From contig CAZALK010000001.1 of assembly GCA_964486045.1 (NCBI GenBank), positions 192,001 through 256,000 on the forward strand: 64,000 bases of DNA, given 5' to 3'. A program made the position numbers and the translations under genes. This document shows, in pieces, positions 37,761 through 48,407 of the stretch. The notes under the pieces are model-generated. The model made no database searches and had not been told where the DNA came from. It saw only the letters and a program-made list of their open reading frames with translations. Numbering within the stretch: position 1 is the first letter of the stretch; every line of letters starts with the position of its first letter. The stretch is from an uncultured archaeon (GTDB taxonomy: Archaea; Asgardarchaeota; Lokiarchaeia; Sigyniarchaeales; SOKP01).

Positions 37761-38714
37761 TTATTTAACGTATTGTGGGAATTCTCCTAGCAAAGGATCG
37801 AAAAGTCTTTCATATTCCACTGCCATGCAATGAATTCCAGCAGCTTTAGTACTATTTTTAATTTCTTCGATAAACGGCTTAAAGAATTCAAGATTGATTT
37901 TATCAATCGCAGCGTATTTTCCCGGCTTATTACCTTTATTTTCCTTTTCTGCAGTTTTTAAGGATTTAAGGAGATCTTTAGGGACAGATACTCCGGGAAT
38001 ATAATTATCAAAATACCATGCGATCCCATGAGATTTTAAAGGAAAGATTCCCAGTAAGACTGGTACGTTAAACTGTTCTAGGTCTTTAAGAAATTCTTTT
38101 GCTTGATCGATTTCAAAAGCAGTTTGTGTTTGGATGAAATCTATTCCTTGCTCAACTTTTCGGCCAACTTTAAGAATTTCAGGTTCACGAGGATCACTAT
38201 TAGGATTTGCTACGCATCCAAAATTCATTTCTATTTTTCCCCCTTGGATTTCATTACCTTCATAGTCAGTGCCCTCATCAATCATCATAGACAGCATTTC
38301 AACAAATTGAGTACTATCTATATCATATACTGGACGTGCTTTTTTATGATCTCCTAAGGCTGTATGATCTCCTGTAAGTGTAAGGATATTCTTTAACCCG
38401 AGAACAGAACCTGCTATTACATCTCCAAAAAGGGCTATTCTATTTCTATCTCTAACAGTTACTTGCCATACAGCTTCAACATTTGCTTTTTCTTGAACCA
38501 GATAGCTGGGTACCATCGATGACATATAGGCATCACCCTGTGGACCATCTGTTACGTTAGCAGCTACAATCTTCCCCGTTTTTTTCATCTCCTTTGCAGA
38601 ATGGATTATCTCCTCAAGATTTAAGATTTTTTTTGGTTCAAGTTCCCCAGTAAATACAAAATGACCTTCTTGAACTGCTTTCATTAAATTACTATACGCT
38701 GATCTTTTTGCCAT
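37761..38714 (-). CDS. metF: Methylenetetrahydrofolate reductase
   Basis: NVTD, RDRNRIAL, NILTLTGD, FIQTQ. Confidence 0.9.
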   Translation of the reverse strand: MAKRSAYSNLMKAVQEGHFVFTGELEPKKILNLEEIIHSAKEMKKTGKIVAANVTDGPQGDAYMSSMVPSYLVQEKANVEAVWQVTVRDRNRIALFGDVIAGSVLGLKNILTLTGDHTALGDHKKARPVYDIDSTQFVEMLSMMIDEGTDYEGNEIQGGKIEMNFGCVANPNSDPREPEILKVGRKVEQGIDFIQTQTAFEIDQAKEFLKDLEQFNVPVLLGIFPLKSHGIAWYFDNYIPGVSVPKDLLKSLKTAEKENKGNKPGKYAAIDKINLEFFKPFIEEIKNSTKAAGIHCMAVEYERLFDPLLGEFPQYVK

Positions 38715-39410
38715 CTATTTACTCTCCTCCTTTTCTTCCTCAATATTTGAATAATCCTTATATATATGTTGATACCCCGGGCTTGTAGAGGTTCTAAAGT
38801 CTCTAGGACCTCTATATTTCGTGAAAAGATCGAGTCTATCAAACTCTTTTAATCGCTGCCAGATGCGTACCCACGCACAAGGGATTGTATATCCTCCTAC
38901 TTCGCACATACTTTGAACCATCCCACCACAAGGACCATTACTTAAATGCTTGGCACATCCCGCACGAGGACAAATACCTCCAGTTTCACCAATTATACAA
39001 TCCCCACAAGTTTCACAATATTCGATGTATCTATTTTGACTATTGTCTTGAACCCCGCCATACATGCTATTTTGAGCAGGATAAGTTAATATCTTAGGAA
39101 GGACATTGTTCATCATTACAACACCAAGACCACATGCCATTGTAATAATTGCTTCAAAGTCTTCTACGTAAGGACGACAAGTTGTGGCAACGATTCTATC
39201 ATCGCATTGTCGTAAAATGGTTATTGCTTTCCATTTTAAGTCTTTCCCTTCATTTCTTGCTTTTAACTCTAAAAGTTGCCCAAGAACTTTTGCTTCATTA
39301 ATTGAACGAGGAGGCTGGCAACAACCATCACAACCAGTAATTAATATTTTATTATATGGCTTTATTAGTTCATATATTTCGTTAATATCTTTTTGTTCTG
39401 TAATTATCAT
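38715..39410 (-). CDS. metV: MTHFR small Fe-S/Zn subunit (MTHFR_C)
   Basis: GCDGC, RQCD, ACGLG, CETCGDC...GGICP..CAK...NGPCGG...C.W. Confidence 0.88.
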   Translation of the reverse strand: MIITEQKDINEIYELIKPYNKILITGCDGCCQPPRSINEAKVLGQLLELKARNEGKDLKWKAITILRQCDDRIVATTCRPYVEDFEAIITMACGLGVVMMNNVLPKILTYPAQNSMYGGVQDNSQNRYIEYCETCGDCIIGETGGICPRAGCAKHLSNGPCGGMVQSMCEVGGYTIPCAWVRIWQRLKEFDRLDLFTKYRGPRDFRTSTSPGYQHIYKDYSNIEEEKEESK

Positions 39411-39496
39411 ATTTTATTACTCTAACATTGTTTGTTGATTATTAATTGTAAATTTTTATCATTTTGGTATATATCGTTAAAAAAACGTTTTTTCTT

Positions 39497-42400
39497 TTAG
39501 GTACTTACAATCTCTTTAACCTTTTCCACAAAATCGGTTATAACCTCTGCAAATCGTTTTCCTTCACTAGCAGAAATCCACTCAAGGCGAAAACGTTCTG
39601 GATTAATTCCTACTTTCTCAAGAATCTCATTGAGCTCTTCATACCGATAAAGGGCATCATAATTGCCTTTCAAATAGTGACAATCTCCGATATGACATCC
39701 TCCAATAAATACACCGTCAGCACCTTCTATAAATGCTTGTAAAATAAATCTTTTTGGAATTCTTCCAGTACACATTACTCGGATTGGTCTAATATTTGTA
39801 GGATATTGAAAGCGACTCACTCCACAAGTATCCGCTCCAGCATAACTACACCAGTTACACAAGAAAGCAACAATTCGAGGTCGTTCATCAATGAAATCTC
39901 CTTTTAATGCCTCTGATATCATTGGTGTCAATTGATCATCTGCAAAATGGCTCATTGTAATTGCTTCCGCTGGACATGCTGCAGCACAATCCCCACATCC
40001 TTTACACAATAAAGGATTGGATTCTGAAACTAAAATATCATTATCAAAGTTTACCCCAATTGCCCCAAAATTACAAACTTCATAGCATTTTTGACATGCA
40101 ATACAAAGAGCGGGATCTACAATTGAAATTAAGGGTTCATTTTCCACGATTCCAGCAATCAATGGTATAAGTGCATGTGCCGCTGCCCCTCTTGCTTGTG
40201 ATATTGATTGTGCAATACTTTTAGGACCGTGAGCAGTTCCAGCAAGGTATATTCCATCGGTTGCAAAATCTACTGGTCGTAACTTAATATGTGCTTCTAA
40301 AAAAAACCCATTTTGGTCACGTGGAACTTTTAACAATTCAGCTAGTTGTCTATTTTCATAAGGATGTAAGGGTGTTGACAGCACAACTTTATCCGCTATA
40401 ATTTTTAGATTTTCTTGAGAAAGCATATCCTTCACCTTCACATCTACTTTACCATTGGTAATATCTACTTCTGGATATTTATTAAACCTAATATAATTTG
40501 CCATTTCTCTAGCCTTCCAATAATATTGTTCTTCTTCAGTACCAACTCTAATATCTCTGTAAAGGGTATAAAGTTTTGAGTTAGGATATTTTTCCTTGGT
40601 ATATATTGTATTCTTGATGGACTCTGAACAACAAATAAGAGAACAATATGAAACTCCTTTATTTGAATCCGTCTGTCTTTGTCCGATGCATTGGATAAAA
40701 ACTATCGTTTCCCCGTCTATTAACTCATTGGTGTGCAATTTTTTAGAAAACTCTTGGTGTGTCATTATTCTGGAGTCTTGTCCATAATAATACCAATTTT
40801 TTGGTTTAAATTCATTCGCACCAGTAGCTAAGACTATTACACCTACATTTATTTTTGTTTCTTTTCCTTGAGTATTATTTTTTATTTTTACATCAAAATT
40901 TCCTATTGATCCTTTAACATCTACGACTTCTGAGCTAATATGGGTTGATATATTGTCAAATTCATTATAACGGGCTATTTGATTTTCTAAAAACTCTTTT
41001 GAGTCTATTTTATCGAAATTTATTTTATTAATCAAGTTGAGTTGACCACCGAGTTTGTCTTCTTTCTCTACTAAGTGAACTTTAAAGCCTTTATTGGCAA
41101 TTTCCATAGCAGCAGACATTCCAGCAATTCCACCGCCAATGATCATACCTTCTCTAACTACTTCTCCTTTGATTTTAGCTTCTTGTTTTAGAAATTTTGC
41201 ACGAGCAACACCCATGCGGATTAAATCTTTTGCTTTATCCGTAGCTTTATCATGTTCGTTCATATGAACCCATGTATCTAATTCCCTGATACTCACAAAA
41301 TTAAAAAGATATTCATTCAAACCAGCTTCTCTAATGGTTTTTTGGAATAAAGTTTCGTGTGTTCTTGGAGTACAAGCAGCAACCACTACACGATTTAAGT
41401 TTAGTTCTTCAATTTTTTCTTTGATGATGTCTTGAGTTAAGCTTGAACAGCTGTATTTATTATCCATTGCAAAGGCTACATCGGGGAGTGTTCTAGCATA
41501 TTCCACTAGTGCTGGAACATCAACATATCTACCAATATTTAAGCCACAGTGGCACACAAATACCCCAATGCGTGGTTTTTCTCTTTCACTTACAATTTTT
41601 AATTTGGGTAATTCGACTTTTTGTTCCTCTTCGCTTAACGGTTCTGCATGAGAACCAGCCAATACTGCAGCTCCACTTGCTTTAGCTACTGAGTTTGCTA
41701 TATCATCAGGACTCTGACAAGAGCCTGTGACGTAGATTCCTTCTCTTGTTGATCTTAAATCTTCTATAGAACTCGGAGTCTTGAAAAATCCAAATTCATT
41801 TATTTCTATTCCAAGTATGTTAGCTAATTCACCACAATCTTTTCGAGCTACTACTGCATTCGCTAACACAACTAAATCAAATTTATCAGTTAAAACTTTA
41901 CCTGTATCTAAATCTTCATGGCTTATAATTAAATTATTAGATTCATGTTCTTCACTAACAACACCAGGGAGACCTCGATAATATTTTACCCCATAATCCT
42001 CTTTAGCTCTGACAACAAATTCTTCTTGATTTTTTCCAATAACTCTGGTATCATTAAAAAAAATTGTAACATCAGTATCAGGAGAATGTTCCCGCGTCAC
42101 AACCCCCTCTTTAATCATATACATACAGCAAAATTTTGAACAATAAGGTCGGTATGATTTATTTCTTGAACCAACACATGCTATAAGCGCAATATTTTGA
42201 GCATGTTTATTGTCAGATGGTCTTAAAATCTCACCCATGGTTGGACCGGATGCGCTAAGCAATCTTTCAAATTGCATCGCTGTAATGACATTTGAATAAT
42301 CTCCATAATGATATCTTGTAATGACACCTGGATCTAGTAAATCTATTCCGGTTGCCACGATTATTGAAGCAACATTATATTCTACTATTTCGTCTTCCAT

Positions 42401-42937
42401 ATCAAAATGAATCGCGTTTGCGTCGCATTCTTTTTCGCACAATCGACATGCATTTTTTGTGAGAAACAAGCATGTTTCTTTGTCAATTACTGCCTTACGG
42501 GGAACAGCTTGAGGAAAAGGAATGTAAACTGCAGTCCGATTCCCTATTTCTTCGTTAAACTCGCTTTTTATTTTTTTCATAGGACATTTCTTTACGCATG
42601 CCTCACATCCAGTACATACCTCAATATCTACGTATCGTGATTTTTTTAGGATTTTAACCCTAAAGTCTCCAGCTTTCCCGGATATATCTTGGACTTCCGA
42701 ATATGTAAGGAGTTCTACATTGGGATGTCGTGAAACTTCAACCATTTTTGGTGCTAAAATACAAATTGAGCAATCCATAGTTGGAAATGTTTTATCTAGT
42801 TGGGTCATTCGTCCACCTATAGAAGGTAATTTTTCAACAAGTATTACCTTATATCCTTGTTCTCCAAGAGTCAAAGCGGCTTCAATTCCACTAATACCAG
42901 CCCCAATAACTAAGATAGAACTCAATTTAACTGTCAT
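39497..42937 (-). CDS. hdrA: HdrA-HdrA-MvhD fusion (heterodisulfide reductase A-like flavoprotein)
   Basis: Two GxGxxG FAD modules, LDKTFPTMDCSICI, ferredoxin CxxCxxC motifs, IGVFVCHCG, C-terminal MvhD (FLCNWCSYAGAD, VMCTGR, GCHIGDCHY, WISASEG). Confidence 0.92.
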   Translation of the reverse strand: MTVKLSSILVIGAGISGIEAALTLGEQGYKVILVEKLPSIGGRMTQLDKTFPTMDCSICILAPKMVEVSRHPNVELLTYSEVQDISGKAGDFRVKILKKSRYVDIEVCTGCEACVKKCPMKKIKSEFNEEIGNRTAVYIPFPQAVPRKAVIDKETCLFLTKNACRLCEKECDANAIHFDMEDEIVEYNVASIIVATGIDLLDPGVITRYHYGDYSNVITAMQFERLLSASGPTMGEILRPSDNKHAQNIALIACVGSRNKSYRPYCSKFCCMYMIKEGVVTREHSPDTDVTIFFNDTRVIGKNQEEFVVRAKEDYGVKYYRGLPGVVSEEHESNNLIISHEDLDTGKVLTDKFDLVVLANAVVARKDCGELANILGIEINEFGFFKTPSSIEDLRSTREGIYVTGSCQSPDDIANSVAKASGAAVLAGSHAEPLSEEEQKVELPKLKIVSEREKPRIGVFVCHCGLNIGRYVDVPALVEYARTLPDVAFAMDNKYSCSSLTQDIIKEKIEELNLNRVVVAACTPRTHETLFQKTIREAGLNEYLFNFVSIRELDTWVHMNEHDKATDKAKDLIRMGVARAKFLKQEAKIKGEVVREGMIIGGGIAGMSAAMEIANKGFKVHLVEKEDKLGGQLNLINKINFDKIDSKEFLENQIARYNEFDNISTHISSEVVDVKGSIGNFDVKIKNNTQGKETKINVGVIVLATGANEFKPKNWYYYGQDSRIMTHQEFSKKLHTNELIDGETIVFIQCIGQRQTDSNKGVSYCSLICCSESIKNTIYTKEKYPNSKLYTLYRDIRVGTEEEQYYWKAREMANYIRFNKYPEVDITNGKVDVKVKDMLSQENLKIIADKVVLSTPLHPYENRQLAELLKVPRDQNGFFLEAHIKLRPVDFATDGIYLAGTAHGPKSIAQSISQARGAAAHALIPLIAGIVENEPLISIVDPALCIACQKCYEVCNFGAIGVNFDNDILVSESNPLLCKGCGDCAAACPAEAITMSHFADDQLTPMISEALKGDFIDERPRIVAFLCNWCSYAGADTCGVSRFQYPTNIRPIRVMCTGRIPKRFILQAFIEGADGVFIGGCHIGDCHYLKGNYDALYRYEELNEILEKVGINPERFRLEWISASEGKRFAEVITDFVEKVKEIVST

Positions 42938-43286
42938 TTTTATTCTGTTGGGTAATGTTGAGATTCAAATTTTTACTAAAAATATATTAATAATTAAAAT
43001 TAATTGCTGTTTTTGAGCCTTATTGTTAATTTAATAAATCACACCAAATAAATAGCATAAATTTGTCAAATTATTGTTTAGAAATAACTAAAAAATAAAT
43101 TTAAATTGAGATGGCTATTTATTTAGATTGGAAAAATTGAAAAGAAATTGATGTTTATAATATATTAAGCATAAATTTGTTATTACCTACGGAATAAAAA
43201 ATTATAATTATTATAATATCTGAATAATAAACCAAATTATAAAATAAAATATAAAAAATTAATTGAGAAAATTGCTTTATTAAATA

Positions 43287-43982
43287 ATTGGTGACACTAA
43301 CATTAAAATTGTCGTTTCGGGTCCTTTACAGTCAGGAAAGTCGAGCTATATAAAATATCTAGATGGAAATGCTCTGAATGTAGAAGCAAAAGGTAAAGAC
43401 GAGAGATATTATACTGTAGGGATGGATTTGGGATCAGTAAAATTGAATGGGTTTGATTGCTATTTATTTGGAACACCCGGACTTCTTAGATTTTCAATAA
43501 TGCGAAATATAGTAACGAGTGGGAGTGATGGCATTATTTTCCTTTTTGATTCTGTTCATCCAGAAAAAGACGATAGCGCAATTGTTATTTTAAATTCTGT
43601 AAGAAAGTTACTTCCTTCAAACATCCCTGTAGTTTTTTTAGCTAATAAGCAAGATGTTGAAGGTGCTCGATCCCCTGAACTAATTCGTCAACAAAATTAT
43701 TTACCTGAAACCAGTAAAATTTTTCCTACAAGCACGACAACCGGTTTAAATGTTAAAGAATCAATTACTCATTTAGTAAATATTATTTATGAAGAATATT
43801 CATCACTTATCCAAGTACTTAGAACTTATGAAACCGATATTCCAGGATTGGCAGATGAATTAAAAAAAGATAGTACTGAGATAAAAGATTTATTAAATAA
43901 TCTTGAGATAAAGAGATTTATTGAGGTTGACAGAGTAAAGAAAACTTTTAAGGTTCGATCAGGGTTAAAATTTGTAATCTAA
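43287..43982 (+). CDS. Small Ras-like GTPase (MglA/Arf-like) with C-terminal winged helix
   Basis: P-loop KIVVSGPLQSGKSS lies in frame upstream of the ORF-track start; T..MD, GTPG, NKQD. In-frame TAA at 43281 implies an ATA/ATT start (43284/43287). Confidence 0.85.
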   Translation: MGDTNIKIVVSGPLQSGKSSYIKYLDGNALNVEAKGKDERYYTVGMDLGSVKLNGFDCYLFGTPGLLRFSIMRNIVTSGSDGIIFLFDSVHPEKDDSAIVILNSVRKLLPSNIPVVFLANKQDVEGARSPELIRQQNYLPETSKIFPTSTTTGLNVKESITHLVNIIYEEYSSLIQVLRTYETDIPGLADELKKDSTEIKDLLNNLEIKRFIEVDRVKKTFKVRSGLKFVI

Positions 43983-45859
43983 TCTTTTTCAGCGATTTCG
44001 AAAGGAGAAATCTCATCCATTTTATATTTTTCTTTTAACTCAATCAATTCAGATTTTTGTTGCTTGAGAATTCTCCAAAAAAATTGAGGTATCTCAAATT
44101 CTTTTTCGTAATTTATTTTAATTCTATTAACTTTCTGTAGAAGTCGCTCAATTTTTATTGTAAATTGTTCAATATATTCATGCTTTTTATACTCTTTATT
44201 TAAATATTGTGTAAAGAGGCTTTTTAAGTCCTGATAATTAGGAATATAGCCAATAGGTGTCTTAATAGCTTCAAATTCTCCATGAGTTCGCCCTTCTGCC
44301 CATAATACCCAAGAAAGCTTATCCAATACTTCATTAAGATATTTTCCATCTTTATCTTTTAGGAAATAATTCATTGCAAACACTTTAGGAGGGTTTACTA
44401 AGCTATTTCCAAATTTCTGGTGGTTTTCAAAATACTTACCTAATGGGATAACAATAAAATCTAAATTAGCCATAGGTTGTGCTTTTCTGATTCCTTCTGC
44501 ACCTAATGTTTGGGCCGTAGTCTCAGATTCTATCGTAGCGCCTAAAAAAACTCCATGTTCCCAATCAAGACTTTCCACTACAGGTGGCATTGTATGACTA
44601 TCTCGTCCTCCGTAAAAAATTCCGTTGATAGGCACCCCTTCGGGATTGTGGAGATTCGGATCAGCATTAGGTAATTCTTCAATACGAATTGTATACCGTG
44701 CATTAGGGTGGGCATGGGGGATATCTATTCCATTAACATCCTTTTTTCCTTGACACCACTTACCAGAAAAATTGATCCCTTCTTCTGGAACGACTCTTCC
44801 ATCTCCAATCCAGTAAGGACCTTTATCCTTAATCAGCACATTTGAAAAAATGGTTTCTCTGGGGGTTGTAATAGCCTCATATATAACAGGATCATTGTTA
44901 GCGTTAACATCTTTGATGATTCCAAAAACTCCTTGCTCAATATTAACCACATGGGCATAGCCATCTTCCCATTTCCGTAAGTAAGCTATATCATCTCCTA
45001 TAATAGTTTGACCAGGGAGCATTGCTGTAGAGGTTTTCCCACATCCTGAGGGATAAGCTCCACATACGAATGTTGAACGATTTTTCCCTAAAGGGTGAAT
45101 ACCTAAAATGAAATAATGCTCTGCTAACCAATTTTCATTGTTTGATTTATGAATTGCTAATCTTAAGGCAAGCTTCTTCAATCCAAGAGAATTTCCGGCA
45201 TACTGATTAAAACAGGATAAAACTCTTTTCTTATGCAAATCTATATATATCCTACGTTTACTAAGATCCTTAGTAACTGGGGGATCTCCTGCCAATTTTC
45301 CACCAGAATGAATAAAATAAAAGAATTCATCGGAACCGTTTAATTTTTTGAATTCTTCATAACCTGATCTATAAAGAATATCTTCTGAATGGGCTACGTA
45401 AAATGAATCAGTCAGTTGTACAGCAAGAATAGAAAATTTCGAATTTTTTGGTCCTAGACAGAAAAACCGTACCAAACACTCCCGATTCTTCATGCAACCA
45501 TCCATGATTTCCAAAATCTCTTTAAGTCCTTTTTCTCTTTCAATAGTGTTTATCCATGGGCTTGCGTAATCACCGACAGGGATTAGAACTCTCGTGTTTT
45601 CTTTATCTCGCGCTTGATCATGATTCGACATTGAATAGAATCCGTCATAATGTATAGAGTGTCCTTTAGTTTCCAATTTTGCTTCTTCGCCAATTTTAAC
45701 AGCCTTTTGTCTACAGTATTCAATGTCTTCCTTTGAATCGGTAATAACTGTGACTTTCGAGGGTTTACATAAATTAACAAAGTCATTAACTATTTTTAAA
45801 ATGTACTCATTGTTTAGAGCATCCAATTTTTCAAGATTAAGGGAATTTATTCTCTCCAT
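43979..45859 (-). CDS. pckG: Phosphoenolpyruvate carboxykinase (GTP)
   Basis: YAGNSLGLKKLALR, WLAEH, AYPSGCGKT, GDDIA, HPNARY, YGGRD. Confidence 0.93.
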   Translation of the reverse strand: MERINSLNLEKLDALNNEYILKIVNDFVNLCKPSKVTVITDSKEDIEYCRQKAVKIGEEAKLETKGHSIHYDGFYSMSNHDQARDKENTRVLIPVGDYASPWINTIEREKGLKEILEIMDGCMKNRECLVRFFCLGPKNSKFSILAVQLTDSFYVAHSEDILYRSGYEEFKKLNGSDEFFYFIHSGGKLAGDPPVTKDLSKRRIYIDLHKKRVLSCFNQYAGNSLGLKKLALRLAIHKSNNENWLAEHYFILGIHPLGKNRSTFVCGAYPSGCGKTSTAMLPGQTIIGDDIAYLRKWEDGYAHVVNIEQGVFGIIKDVNANNDPVIYEAITTPRETIFSNVLIKDKGPYWIGDGRVVPEEGINFSGKWCQGKKDVNGIDIPHAHPNARYTIRIEELPNADPNLHNPEGVPINGIFYGGRDSHTMPPVVESLDWEHGVFLGATIESETTAQTLGAEGIRKAQPMANLDFIVIPLGKYFENHQKFGNSLVNPPKVFAMNYFLKDKDGKYLNEVLDKLSWVLWAEGRTHGEFEAIKTPIGYIPNYQDLKSLFTQYLNKEYKKHEYIEQFTIKIERLLQKVNRIKINYEKEFEIPQFFWRILKQQKSELIELKEKYKMDEISPFEIAEKD

Positions 45860-46023
45860 TAAGTCAATTCACTTATTTTTCTGTTGTAATAATTTCAAAT
45901 CGTTCTTAATGTGCTTAAGAAAACTGTATAGCTTTATTAATTTTATCTTACTTCAAAAGAACAAATCTTAAACACAAAACTTTAGTTAATAGAGAAAAAA
46001 ATTAAAAAAAAAATATATTATTA

Positions 46024-47613
46024 TTACATTCCTGGTGGTTTCGAGCCTTTTGCACTAATTATTCGATCTATCCGTAATATAAGATTAGCTAATTCGCTTC
46101 CAGACTTAATAATGTGGTTTACTAATTCAGCAGGTTCAACGATTCCCTTTTTAAAGTTATTACCTATTGTGTTTGTTATTGTATCGATTCCAAACCATTT
46201 ATCATCATCTGTTTTATGAGCAGCTCTTAACTCTGTGATTTTTTCGATTTCTTCTAAACCAGCATTTTGAATTAAAGCTCTAGGAATTTCTTCAAGGGCT
46301 AATGCAAAAGCTGAGACTGCAAGTTGTTCTTTTCCGCCAATTTTATTTGCAAATAATCTTAATTGTTTCGAAAGTTCTATGTAGATTGCTCCACCACCCG
46401 CTACAACAGTTTTTGTATCCATAATTTTAGCAATTACTGATAACACATCATGTAATGAGACTTCTGCAGTGCTGAGAATCTTATCGAGACCACCTTTGAG
46501 TAATATTGAGACTGATTTTGGGTTTTTACATCCGGAGAATAAGGTATAATCGTCATCACCGATTTTTTCAAATTCTACTTTATTGGCAAATCCTAGATCA
46601 TTTTGCTCCAAAGATGTTAGATCATCAACCAATTTCGCATCCACAGCTTTCATTATTGATTTATAGTCGCTTTCACCAACATTTTTAATAGCAACAATCC
46701 CTTCTCTAGCTAAATAAGCACCAAATTTATCAGAAATATCACTACTATTTACTATTGCATTAACTCCTAGATCCTTAAAGATTTTCAAATAATCTAGTAA
46801 TATTTTCTCTTCTTGATCTAGAAACCTCTGAATTTCAGTTGGACTAGTAATTCGAACTTGAGCATCAAACTCTGTTTTCTTCACATCTAATTTTCTTCTA
46901 ATTACAGCGATCTTTGCATCTTTTATTACATCAGGCATCATAGTGTTAACTTTTTCCTTTTGGATATATACTCCATGAATCAGTTTTGAATCTCTTAGAG
47001 ACTTTCCAGGTGCTTTTACTATTTTTACATTTGATACCTTATTATAAGTGTTACCTTCATCATCGGATATTTGTTTCACTGCTTCTAAAGCTAAACTTGC
47101 GAAAAAATCCTTGAGTGGAGAGATACCTTTAGAATTCATTGCTGTTTTAGCTGCGTTTATCAGAACTTCATCATCATCTTTGGAAATTGTTTCAGCCATT
47201 TCTCTGATGATTTCTAGGGATTTATCAGCTGCTAATTTATAACCATGCGTAATTGGTTTGGGATGAATATCTTGGTCAATTAAATCCAAAGCATTATTCA
47301 ACAATGAAGCAGAAAAAATTACAGCAGATGTAGTTCCATCTCCTATTTCTTCATCGATTGATTTTGCTACATTAACCATCATATTCGCTGCTATGTTTTC
47401 GATGTCAAGACTCTTTAAAATCTCGGCTCCATCATTGGTTATAGTCACATCTCCTAATGAGTCAACCAGCATCTTCGACATACCCTTAGGACCTAGAGTA
47501 GACCTCACTGTTTCAGAAATTGCAACCATTGCTGAAATATTTTGTTTTCGAGCTTCTCTTTCTTGAACTTCTTCTGTTCCCTCTTTTAGAATAATAATTG
47601 GAACGCCAGACAT
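46024..47613 (-). CDS. ths: Thermosome (group II chaperonin) subunit
   Basis: TLGPKGM, TNDG, GDGTT, VAGGGA, ILRID. Confidence 0.95.
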   Translation of the reverse strand: MSGVPIIILKEGTEEVQEREARKQNISAMVAISETVRSTLGPKGMSKMLVDSLGDVTITNDGAEILKSLDIENIAANMMVNVAKSIDEEIGDGTTSAVIFSASLLNNALDLIDQDIHPKPITHGYKLAADKSLEIIREMAETISKDDDEVLINAAKTAMNSKGISPLKDFFASLALEAVKQISDDEGNTYNKVSNVKIVKAPGKSLRDSKLIHGVYIQKEKVNTMMPDVIKDAKIAVIRRKLDVKKTEFDAQVRITSPTEIQRFLDQEEKILLDYLKIFKDLGVNAIVNSSDISDKFGAYLAREGIVAIKNVGESDYKSIMKAVDAKLVDDLTSLEQNDLGFANKVEFEKIGDDDYTLFSGCKNPKSVSILLKGGLDKILSTAEVSLHDVLSVIAKIMDTKTVVAGGGAIYIELSKQLRLFANKIGGKEQLAVSAFALALEEIPRALIQNAGLEEIEKITELRAAHKTDDDKWFGIDTITNTIGNNFKKGIVEPAELVNHIIKSGSELANLILRIDRIISAKGSKPPGM

Positions 47614-47799
47614 ATTTTTTCACGATATTATGATTTTTTAGAATTTTAAATTTAAATTCTTTATATGGATCCTCAAGTCATAAAAATAAAAAAAGTTTTC
47701 TAAAATTCCCTTTTACTTTTTTACTGATCTATTTTCTTTCCTGATTTTATGAATTATTTTTTATCAGTCTTAATATCTCTTCATTACACATAATGAAGG

Positions 47800-48282
47800 C
47801 TATGTTAATCTTCCGGAAGGATTTACCATTTCAACGAAGGAGCTATTTTTATACTCCTTGAGAATCATATTAGAATTAGTACGGGTTACTTTCTCCCTTT
47901 CATTTAATTCTCTAATGAATGCATGTACGTCTTCAGAGCTTTTAAACCTACAAATTAAAGCGGCTGATTGTTCTCCCGTTGTATGGAATACTGAGCAAAC
48001 CTCTGGTTTAAGGGAAATATCGTTTAAGATTTCTTCTGTAAATTTTCCATCGCAGTTGATTCTGATTAAAAAAGATAATTTATACCCAAGTTTGACATTA
48101 TTAAGTCTGAGAGTATAGCCTTCGATAATGCCATTGTCTCTTAGCTTAGAAATTCTGTTATGAATTGTCCCTATCGAAATTCCTAATCTGTCCTGAATCT
48201 CTCTGTAGGAGGTTCTTGCGTCATCTTGCAATATTCTTAAAATATTTCGATCAATATCATCGAGAGCCTTCTCTTTTTTCAC
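47800..48282 (-). CDS. Lrp/AsnC-family transcription regulator
   Basis: LDDIDRNILRILQDDARTSYREI..LGIS.GT...RI..L...GII. Confidence 0.93.
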   Translation of the reverse strand: MKKEKALDDIDRNILRILQDDARTSYREIQDRLGISIGTIHNRISKLRDNGIIEGYTLRLNNVKLGYKLSFLIRINCDGKFTEEILNDISLKPEVCSVFHTTGEQSAALICRFKSSEDVHAFIRELNEREKVTRTNSNMILKEYKNSSFVEMVNPSGRLT

Positions 48283-48407
48283 AGAAGATCAACCCCAGTA
48301 CGTATTAATTATTATGCAAACAATATAATTTATTTTAAAAAATATATAAAACTTTAGAAATTCTAAATAAAAATCTCACATTTGATGAAAATTGTTTAAA
48401 TTTATTT

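Noticed and set aside
39497-42937. Selenocysteine recoding in HdrA/MvhD
   Set aside because: The ORF is continuous with no in-frame TGA.
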